DNA from: Bryobacterales bacterium
GTDB taxonomy: Bacteria > Acidobacteriota > Terriglobia > Bryobacterales > UBA6623
Assembly: GCA_965204095.1 (NCBI GenBank)
Contig: OZ241991.1
Coordinates: 2,640,290 to 2,704,289, forward strand
Direction: 5' to 3'
DNA length: 64,000 nt
Shown: piece by piece, positions 48,761 through 56,190 of the stretch
Position numbering within the stretch: the stretch's first letter is position 1
Layout: the number at the start of each line of letters is the position of its first letter
Translations under genes and position numbers: made by a program
The notes under the pieces: model-generated
Seen by the model: the letters and a program-made list of their open reading frames with translations, nothing else
Database searches by the model: none
What the model was told of the DNA's origin: nothing

Positions 48761-49471
48761 ATGCCGCCCCGCTTCCCCGGTTTTCCACCCGAAACACTCC
48801 CATTCCTTCGCGACCTGAAAGCCAACAATAAGCGCGAGTGGTTCCAGCCTCGAAAGCCCATCTATGAGGAGAAGGTCAAAGCGCCGATGGTCGAGTTGGT
48901 GATGGCGCTCGGAGAAGAGCTCCGTGACTTCGGAACCGAACTCGTCACGGCCCCGGACAAAGCCGTCTATCGCATCTACCGCGACGTGCGTTTCAGCAAA
49001 GACAAAAGCCCCTACAAGACCCACGTGGCCGCCGTCTTCAGCGCCCGAGGACTCGAAAAGCATGCCGGCGCCGGGCTGTACTTCCACGTTTCGCCCGATG
49101 AGTTGCTCGTGGGCGGTGGTATCTACAGGCCCGGAAGCCGGGAACTGCTGGCCATTCGTCAGCGCATCGCCGTCGGCCACGAAGCGCTCCGAGCGATCTG
49201 CAAGGAAAGGATGTTCCGGCATTTCTTCGGCCGGATCAGCGGCGAACGTCTCAAGCGCACTCCCAAGGGCTTCGCGCCGGATCACCCGGCTGCCGATCTG
49301 CTGGTCTACAAGCAGTTCCTCGCGGTCGGCCATCTCGACCCGGCCATTGCCGAAACCCCGAAGCTTTTCCAGGAACTGGTCGAGCGCTTCCGGACCATCG
49401 AGCCGCTCATTGTTTTTCTGAACTCGGCGCTCGCCGGCGAAAAGAACAAAATAAAACTAACTTCACGATAG
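48761..49471 (+). CDS. DUF2461 (TIGR02453-like) family protein
   Basis: FPGFPPETLPFLRDLKANNKREWFQPRKPIYEE... matches my memory of this family. Function unknown. Confidence 0.7.
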   Translation: MPPRFPGFPPETLPFLRDLKANNKREWFQPRKPIYEEKVKAPMVELVMALGEELRDFGTELVTAPDKAVYRIYRDVRFSKDKSPYKTHVAAVFSARGLEKHAGAGLYFHVSPDELLVGGGIYRPGSRELLAIRQRIAVGHEALRAICKERMFRHFFGRISGERLKRTPKGFAPDHPAADLLVYKQFLAVGHLDPAIAETPKLFQELVERFRTIEPLIVFLNSALAGEKNKIKLTSR

Positions 49472-49642
49472 AAAACGAACGGCTCATCGTGTCCGAGGAC
49501 TCCCGAGCGACGCTTTGCAAGTAATGGCCGGTGCCATCGGCCTGTTGCATCCCAGGCTTGGGAGTCGTAAACTCGGTTCGCGGGAAGTCCCAAACGGCAA
49601 ACAGCAGAAACCGGAATCCGCCGCCTTGGAAGGAGAGTCTTC

Positions 49643-50515
49643 ATGACCGCAAAGCAAGTTTTCCTGACCGCCGCATTCTGTGCAACCGCGTGCATGCTGT
49701 CGCCGCTGACTGCGAGCGCCCAGAATGGCGACAGCGGCTCCAAGGTCAGGATGTACAACACCGTGAAACAGAAACTGCTCGAGGGCAAGCAGGTCGTCGG
49801 CGGAACTGTCTCTACGTCCGACCCCAATATCTATTGCGCCATGGCCGAGTCGGGTTTCGATTTTCTCTGGATCGAGATGCAGCACAGCCCGTTGATGTAC
49901 GACGACGTCGCCAAGATGATCTGGGCTTGCAAGGACGCCCCGGCGATTCCGTTCATCCGTATCCCGAACGCCACCGAAGGCGACATCCAGAAAGCAACCG
50001 ACATTGGCGCCTTGGGCATCGTGGTGCCGATGGTGCATACCGTCAAGGAAGCCCAGGATGCCGTCAAGTACGCCAAATTCCCGCCCGTCGGACGCCGCAG
50101 CCAGGGTGGCGGCCAGTACGGCCGATTGTGGGGCAGCGACTACCGTAAAACCGCCAACGAGAACATGATGATCGTGGTCATGATCGAGTCGCCGGAAGGT
50201 GTCGCCATCGTTGACAAGATCGCCGCGGTGCCGGGCATTGACGTCGTTTTTGCGGCCAGCGGTGACATCGGCAGCTTCACCGGATGGGAGCGAACCGATC
50301 CGCGCTACATGAAGCTGATCAACAGAGTCCGTGACGAGACGCTCGAGGCCGGCAAGATCCTGGGGGGGCCATTCGCATGGAGTGACCGCCAAGGGTACAT
50401 GTTCTTCCAGGGACCCGGTGAGGGCCGTCTCATCAAGTCCGGAGCCCAGATGACGCTGACGGGGGTTTCCGAAGCCGAAAAAGAGGACGTAGCGACCGGC
50501 GACGAACCCCTCTGA
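49643..50515 (+). CDS. HpcH/HpaI-family aldolase with an N-terminal Sec signal peptide
   Basis: MTAKQVFLTAAFCATACMLSPLTASA-Q, then GFDFLWIEMQHSP...IPFIRIP...GIVVPMV...YAKFPPVGRRS. Confidence 0.85.
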   Translation: MTAKQVFLTAAFCATACMLSPLTASAQNGDSGSKVRMYNTVKQKLLEGKQVVGGTVSTSDPNIYCAMAESGFDFLWIEMQHSPLMYDDVAKMIWACKDAPAIPFIRIPNATEGDIQKATDIGALGIVVPMVHTVKEAQDAVKYAKFPPVGRRSQGGGQYGRLWGSDYRKTANENMMIVVMIESPEGVAIVDKIAAVPGIDVVFAASGDIGSFTGWERTDPRYMKLINRVRDETLEAGKILGGPFAWSDRQGYMFFQGPGEGRLIKSGAQMTLTGVSEAEKEDVATGDEPL

Positions 50516-50642
50516 GACACCGGTCCGGCGGTTTCCCGCTTGTATGATCCGCACGCGGTCACAGGAAAAACTGACCTGCGTCTTCCGACCGGATCGTGAG
50601 CTGGTCATCCCTCTCGCACTCCCCGGACGTCCGGTACCCTAA

Positions 50643-50715
50643 CCTGCATTTCTCACCACGCGGCGAGGCGAAGTGGGTGAGAGGGCCGTCAGGACTAGGC
50701 GCGAGCCGGGCGGAG
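50643..50715 (+). repeat. Hairpin repeat family, copy 9, left part (split by the intron)
   Basis: cctgcatttctcaccacgcggcgaggcgaagtgggtgagagggccgtcaggactaggcgcgagccgggcggag. Joined to 52593-52720 it recreates the copy-5 variant exactly at the junction. Confidence 0.9.
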
Positions 50716-52592
50716 ATCGGGATAGGGGGGAGCCTCGCGGCTCCACCCCTCCCACACCACCGTGCATACGGGTCCGTACACGGCGGTTCGACGGATTTAA
50801 GCGGCTGCACGGGCTTCAACAGAGACGAGGCCGAGGTGCGCGAAGAAGGCATTGGATAGAGCGATCGCGAGCGCGGGACTGTTGCTGATCCGCCACGGGC
50901 CGTGGGCACTGCCAGCGGTTTGGGCCGCCAGATCCTTGCCGATGCCATGGCGGCGCAACGCCGCAAAGCGGGTGCGCCCGCGCTTCCACTGCCGCCAGAC
51001 GAGGGCGCGAAGCCGCCGTCTGATCCACTGGTCGAGTCGATGCAATACCCAGGGGGTCTCGCAGAAGCCGAAGTAGCCCCGCCACCCGACGAGGTAGCGA
51101 GACAGTTCCGCAACGAGATGGGCGAGACTGACGCTCTTGGTGCACTGCGTCAGTTCCCGGACCCGCGCCTTGAACCGAGCGAGTGTCTGCGGCGCGATGC
51201 GCCGCTTGACCGCTGGTCCGGCTGTAAAGCTGAAGCCCAGCAAGGCCCGCGCCACTGGACGATCCACCGCGCTCTTGTCTGCGTTCACCGTCAGCTTCAG
51301 TCGCCGCGCAAGGAAGCGGGTCACGCTCACCATCACCCGCTCGCCCGCCCGCCGGGACCGCACGTAAATGTTGCAGTCGTCGGCATAGCGGACGAAGCGG
51401 TGACCGCGCTTCTCCAGTTCCTTGTCCAGCACGTCAAGCATCAGGTTCGACAGCAAGGGCGAGAGCGGTCCGCCTTGCGGCGTCCCCTTGGTAGTCGGGC
51501 CGACCAGCCCGCCCTCCAGCACACCCGCGCTCAGGAAGCCGCGGATCAGCTTGAGCAGGCGTTTGTCGGCCACCCGTCTGGCCACCAGTCCCATCAGGAT
51601 GTCGTGGTTGACCCGGTCGAAGAATTTCTCCAGATCGAGATCGACCACGATGCCGAAGCCCGAGCGGATGTGGTTCTGCGCGGACTGGATTGCCTGGTGG
51701 GCCGAGCGTCCGGGCCGAAACCCGTAGCTCGCATCCGAGAAGCTGGGGTCCCACTCCCCCTGCATCACCTGCATCACTGCTTGCTGGATGAAGCGGTCGA
51801 GTACCGTCGGCACTCCGAGCGGTCGAACCCCGCCCGACGCCTTCGGTATCTCCACCCGCCGTACCGGCTGCGGGGTGTAGCTGCCGTCGAGAAGTCGGGA
51901 CCTGATCTCGGTCCAGTGGTCCTTCAGGTGATCGCCCAGCTCATCGACCCTCATGCCGTCGATGCCGGGCGCCCCTTTGTTGCGCCGGACTCGCGCCAGC
52001 GCCTTCTTCAAATTGCCGGGCTCGACGACCGTCTCCATCGACGGTCCCTGCCCAGCCGCCGGGCGTTCGGGTCCGGCACGCGCCAGGCGGGCTTCGGTCC
52101 CTTGGGCTCCGGCGCTCCGGGCTTCACCCTTCGCCTCCGGCTCCAAGGCCAGTTCCAACTGGATATTCTGCCGCTTGGTCCGCATGAGCGTACCGTCCTA
52201 CTAACCCTGTCCGTCGTTCGGGCCTTCGCCGGCGTGCCGACTACTATGCCCTCTGCTGACTTCTGCGCCGCGATCACGGGCCTTGCGGACCCGCTCAGTC
52301 CGGGACTTCCGGACACGGCGCAGACCTCCCGAGATAAGATCGACCGCCTTCACCGCGCACCCGCCGGATCTACCACCCCGGCCCTTGATGGCTATGGACT
52401 TCGCGATCATTCGCTCGCTCGTCCGGCCGGGTAGGCCTCGTATCCGGTTCTTGTCCATCGGGTCGCGGCTTTGCTCCACGCTTCCTTCAGACCCCGCCTC
52501 GCGACGACGCCCTTGCGCTTCGCTAATCCTTCGCCGCCATCGGGCTGGATAAAGGACTTGCACCCCCAAGCTGTCGATCATGCTCGGCATAC
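50716..52592 (-). mobile_element. Group II intron (1877 bp), IIC-like, inserted in repeat copy 9
   Basis: Boundaries come from comparison with uninterrupted copy 5. The minus-strand intron starts GTATGCC and ends ...CCCGAT (AY). It has about 407 nt 5' of the ORF and 81 nt 3' of it, including a domain-V-like hairpin near 50757-50795. Confidence 0.85.
50797..52185 (-). CDS. Group II intron reverse transcriptase/maturase (no endonuclease domain)
   Basis: RT blocks (GAPGIDGM, RRVEIPKASGGVRPLGVPTVLDRFIQQA, YADDCNIYV) and X/maturase region (RYLVGWRGYFGF). The short C-terminus has no HNH motif. Confidence 0.95.
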   Translation of the reverse strand: MRTKRQNIQLELALEPEAKGEARSAGAQGTEARLARAGPERPAAGQGPSMETVVEPGNLKKALARVRRNKGAPGIDGMRVDELGDHLKDHWTEIRSRLLDGSYTPQPVRRVEIPKASGGVRPLGVPTVLDRFIQQAVMQVMQGEWDPSFSDASYGFRPGRSAHQAIQSAQNHIRSGFGIVVDLDLEKFFDRVNHDILMGLVARRVADKRLLKLIRGFLSAGVLEGGLVGPTTKGTPQGGPLSPLLSNLMLDVLDKELEKRGHRFVRYADDCNIYVRSRRAGERVMVSVTRFLARRLKLTVNADKSAVDRPVARALLGFSFTAGPAVKRRIAPQTLARFKARVRELTQCTKSVSLAHLVAELSRYLVGWRGYFGFCETPWVLHRLDQWIRRRLRALVWRQWKRGRTRFAALRRHGIGKDLAAQTAGSAHGPWRISNSPALAIALSNAFFAHLGLVSVEARAAA

Positions 52593-52621
52593 GAAAAAGG
52601 CGCGCGCCGCTTGGCGCGCGC
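52593..52621 (-). terminator. Terminator-like GC hairpin plus U-run (minus strand) immediately 5' of the intron insertion point
   Basis: Minus strand reads GCGCGCGCC-AAGC-GGCGCGCGC-CTTTTTC, then the intron GTATG. Confidence 0.5.
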
Positions 52622-52720
52622 AGGCGTACTTGAACAGTACGTTGAGCACGACAAGCAATCACAACGAAGTCCTGGCGGCCATATGGCGTGCTTCAGCCGT
52701 CGGGTGGTGAGAAATGCAGG
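52593..52720 (+). repeat. Hairpin repeat family, copy 9, right part
   Basis: gaaaaaggcgcgcgccgcttggcgcgcgcaggcgtacttgaacagtac...ggtggtgagaaatgcagg. Its right end abuts the TAA stop (52721-52723). Confidence 0.9.
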
Positions 52721-53734
52721 TTAACTACCCGCCGGTGCGGGACTGTAACGGGGGGACAACAGTGAACCGTCGTCGATCGGAAGGCTCAACCGCACGAACC
52801 GCGGCGTGTTGGCGAAGGCGACCGTGACGTACTTGTAGAAAGAGCCATCCAAGGCGCGCGGCGCGGTTGGTAGATCCACGACTTTCTTCGTTCCATCCAG
52901 AAGAGAACTCAGCTCGTCGGCTCCCGGCAGCCCGGACGGAGCCTCGCCGGCGAGAGGCGGCCGCAGACTGCTGTAAACCGTATCGCCATCGATCGACACG
53001 ATGTGAATCTCGTCGATGGGACTGGAGTTCACAATGCGCAGTAGCCGGCTGTTGATTTCCTCCGTCGACCACCCGTCCTCCTCGGCGCCCACGACGAAGT
53101 ACTCCGCGAGCCTGGCCTGCACAACCATCTGCTTGCCGAGGATCTCCTCGAACACGACTCTGATCTCGTCCAGTTGGTCGGTAAAGGCGAAATCCAGCAG
53201 ATCCGGCTCGCCGAAGGCTGCCATCACCGCGGTCATGACCGGCGAGGTATAGGAGCCGCTCAGGAGATCGTGCTCCTCGAAGGCAAGCGCATTACCCACT
53301 TGCACGATCCGCTTGCGGTCGACGCCGTTGACCCCGACATACTTGTAGACTTCCTGATCGATCTCCCGCACCTGCGCCGATTGCGTGATGACGTGGTCGC
53401 TCTCGATGGGGGACGCAAGCAGGGCGTAGAACTTCGAGGCCTGCGGCTGCACAGCGGGATTGGGATTGAACCGGAAGGGCATCAGCGCGCCGGTTTCGTC
53501 CCGGACGTTGGTGAGATAGGCCACGCCCTGCTCGTCGGTGATCCAGAACTCGTCGAGCACCGTGGTCGAAGCGATGACTTCGAGGGTCTCGATCACTTGT
53601 GCGGCGTCATGCCCTCTCGCTTCGGCCACCGCCACAAGATGCGCGGCGATGCGTGCCTGGGCCGTCATCTGGCCGTCCAGCATCGCGTCAAGGGCGCGTG
53701 CGACCGTGGCTAGCGAGATTTTGGGCATTTCCAC
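52721..53734 (-). CDS. Hypothetical protein with an internal tandem duplication (two ~150-aa sensor-like halves)
   Basis: Residues ~20-75 (MTAQARIAAHLVAVAE...LDEFWITDEQGVAYL) parallel ~190-245 (MVVQARLAEYFVVGAE...IDEIHIVSIDGDTVY). No signal peptide or TM segment seen. Confidence 0.6.
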   Translation of the reverse strand: MEMPKISLATVARALDAMLDGQMTAQARIAAHLVAVAEARGHDAAQVIETLEVIASTTVLDEFWITDEQGVAYLTNVRDETGALMPFRFNPNPAVQPQASKFYALLASPIESDHVITQSAQVREIDQEVYKYVGVNGVDRKRIVQVGNALAFEEHDLLSGSYTSPVMTAVMAAFGEPDLLDFAFTDQLDEIRVVFEEILGKQMVVQARLAEYFVVGAEEDGWSTEEINSRLLRIVNSSPIDEIHIVSIDGDTVYSSLRPPLAGEAPSGLPGADELSSLLDGTKKVVDLPTAPRALDGSFYKYVTVAFANTPRFVRLSLPIDDGSLLSPRYSPAPAGS

Positions 53735-54174
53735 CTCCTCAACACAAGTGCTCCGTGCGTCCGGCTGCTGGTCACATGAAGTCGCATGCCCGTTCCACCG
53801 TGTGGAAAACGGCGAGTGCGGACCTCATCCAGCGGAAGCTGTGGCCCAGGATACCGAACGTTCGATTCGGAAGCATGGACGGTACTGCACCATCTCCTGG
53901 CCACGTGTACACGTATTTTCGCATACTACCCTCGCAGGTCAGGTATCGGCCGCATGATGGTCGGCGAGGGTTCGGCTAAACTACACTGACGGCCTGTCCG
54001 AGTGAGTCGTGACCTGCTCAAGCCCCTCCCTTTCATCACGCTACGGGGCCCGCACGGGCGGACGCCGCCGGATGAGACGGGGTAAGCTGCTTTCGCGAAG
54101 CGCCCAAAGCGGGAGCCGGAGCCCTGAGGATCGCCGGCAAGCGGGAGCTGCGGCTGAGCAATGACGAGAAGAGA

Positions 54175-55932
54175 ATGATGCAATCCAATACCGGGAATCT
54201 TACCCAGGAAGTCCGTTACGAGCCGGACGAGAAGCCCCCGCCCTTGCTTTCCATGGGGCTCGGTTTGCAGTACGCTACGCTGACGGTCGCCAGCATCGTG
54301 CTGACGCCCGCGATCCTGGTTGGGGCTGTCGGAGGAGATGAGGCGTATCTGTCATGGGTCTTGTTTGCCGCGCTTGTGGTCAGCGGGGTGACCACGGTGA
54401 TCCAGTCCGCTCGCATCGGTCGCATCGGCTCCGGCTACCTCCTGCTCATGGGGAGCAGCAGCGCCTTTCTCGCCATCTGCGTCACGGCCCTCGAACGGGG
54501 CGGCGGGGGGCTGATGGCGAACCTGATCATCGTCTCGGGCTTGTGTCAGTTCATTCTCGCGGCGAAGCTCTCGCTGTTCCGGAAAATCTTCACGCCGACC
54601 GTGGCGGGAACCGTGCTGATGCTGATTCCGGTCACGCTCGCGCCGATCATCTTTCGCAAGCTGAATGATGTGCCGCCTGACGCCGCCTCCGACGCCGCCC
54701 CGGTCACGGCGGGCCTGACCCTGGCGGTGATAGCCGCGATCACACTCCGTGCCGGCGGCGCCTGGAGACTCTGGGCCGCGGCCCTGGGGATCGTTGTGGG
54801 CAGTGCGGTCGGCGGCTTCTTCTACGGGATCTACGACACCTCGCGTGTCATCGAGGCTGCCTGGATCGGCTGGCCGCAGCTTGCTTGGCCGGGCCTCGAC
54901 CTCGGCTTCGGTCCCGACTTCTGGGCCCTCCTGCCCGCCTTCGTGCTGGTGACGCTCGTTGGCGCCTTGGACACGATCGGAGACGGCATCGCCATCCAAC
55001 GGATTTCGTGGCGCAGGCCGCGCGCCATCGACTTCCAGTCGATCCAGGGTGCTCTCACCGCCGACAGCCTGGGCAACCTGCTCTCCGGCTTGACGGGCAC
55101 CGTTCCCAACACGACCTACGCGGCCAGCATCGCGGTCGCCGATCTCACCCGCGTGACGGCCCGCGTCGTCGGCATGTGCGTCGGGGTCATTTTCATCGTG
55201 TTGGCGTTCCTGCCCAAGCTCGTGGCCGTCATCGTTGCCATTCCCGGTCCTGTGGTCGCCGCCTACTTCATGGTGCTGGTGGCGTCCCTCTTCATCCTCG
55301 GCGTCCGGGTGCTCATGCACGACGGCCTCGACCATCGCAAGGGCTTCGCGGTGGGCTTCGCCTTCTGGCTGGGCATCGCCTTCCAGCTCGATTGGATCTT
55401 TCCCGAATACTTCCAGGGCCAGTGGAGCGATCTGCTCGGAAACAGCATGACCGTCGGTGGCCTGACCGTGATCGTTCTGACGCAGTTCGTCGAGCTGACG
55501 GGACCGCGCCCCCGGCGCCTGAAGACGGAGCTGACTCTGGAAAACTTCCCGAAGATCGACTCGTTTCTGTCCGATTTCGCCGCGCGCGGCAAGCGCACCG
55601 AGGAGATGACCGATCGACTCCGCGCCGTCGGCGAGGAGATGCTGCTCACCCTGACGAGGCCGCTGGAAGAAGGCAGAGCGCCTGCGGGGCGGCATCTCCT
55701 GCTTGTGGCGCGCAATGACGGCGACGCCGTCGAGCTCGAGTTTGCGGCCACGACCGACGACACCAATCTCGAGGATCAGTTGGCGCTCCTCAGCGAACAG
55801 GTCACCGGCCCCCCGGTCGAGCATGAGGTCTCGCTGCGGCTGATACGCCACTACGCGTCGTCCGTGCGCCACCAGCAGTTCCACGACACGGACGTCATCA
55901 CCGTCCGCGTCGGACCGACCGCCTCCATGTGA
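54175..55932 (+). CDS. NCS2-family (xanthine/uracil-type) permease with a ~150-aa C-terminal soluble extension
   Basis: About 12-14 hydrophobic spans with an NCS2-like N-terminus. After about residue 435 the sequence turns hydrophilic (ELTLENFPKIDSFLSDFAARG...). Confidence 0.8.
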   Translation: MMQSNTGNLTQEVRYEPDEKPPPLLSMGLGLQYATLTVASIVLTPAILVGAVGGDEAYLSWVLFAALVVSGVTTVIQSARIGRIGSGYLLLMGSSSAFLAICVTALERGGGGLMANLIIVSGLCQFILAAKLSLFRKIFTPTVAGTVLMLIPVTLAPIIFRKLNDVPPDAASDAAPVTAGLTLAVIAAITLRAGGAWRLWAAALGIVVGSAVGGFFYGIYDTSRVIEAAWIGWPQLAWPGLDLGFGPDFWALLPAFVLVTLVGALDTIGDGIAIQRISWRRPRAIDFQSIQGALTADSLGNLLSGLTGTVPNTTYAASIAVADLTRVTARVVGMCVGVIFIVLAFLPKLVAVIVAIPGPVVAAYFMVLVASLFILGVRVLMHDGLDHRKGFAVGFAFWLGIAFQLDWIFPEYFQGQWSDLLGNSMTVGGLTVIVLTQFVELTGPRPRRLKTELTLENFPKIDSFLSDFAARGKRTEEMTDRLRAVGEEMLLTLTRPLEEGRAPAGRHLLLVARNDGDAVELEFAATTDDTNLEDQLALLSEQVTGPPVEHEVSLRLIRHYASSVRHQQFHDTDVITVRVGPTASM

Positions 55933-55948
55933 GCAACCCGGCCGCAAG

Positions 55949-56190
55949 CCTGCTTTTCTCGCCACCTGGCCAGGCGAAGTGCGCGAGAGGACCGTCAGGA
56001 CGGGGCGCGAGCCGCTGGGCGCCGGCAACACGGCCTGTGCGGTTTTTCACAAAACACGAAACACGGCCTTTCATGCCTCGGGGTTTCGCATTTCCGGTTT
56101 TTGTCTTTGCATCACGAATCACGAGACACGAGACACGAATCACGGCCTTTGTATCGTGTGCTTCGGCCGCCGGATGGCGGGAAATGCCGG
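55949..56190 (+). repeat. Hairpin repeat family, copy 10 (divergent long variant, 242 bp, heptads 56048-56066 and 56113-56145)
   Basis: Ends cctgcttttctcgccac / atggcgggaaatgccgg, with an A-U to G-C compensatory change. Its right end abuts the TAG stop (56191-56193). Confidence 0.85.

Noticed and set aside
1479-56031. Long ORFs antisense to or frame-shifted over confident genes (1479..2762-, 5601..7199-, 8639..9919-, 10892..12601-, 12861..14459+, 15448..17184-, 20114..21286+, 49484..50608-, 50902..52434+, 54352..56031- and many shorter ones)
   Set aside because: These are typical shadow ORFs of high-GC DNA. They have Arg/Ala/Gly/Pro-rich translations without motifs, and each overlaps a gene with clear family signatures.
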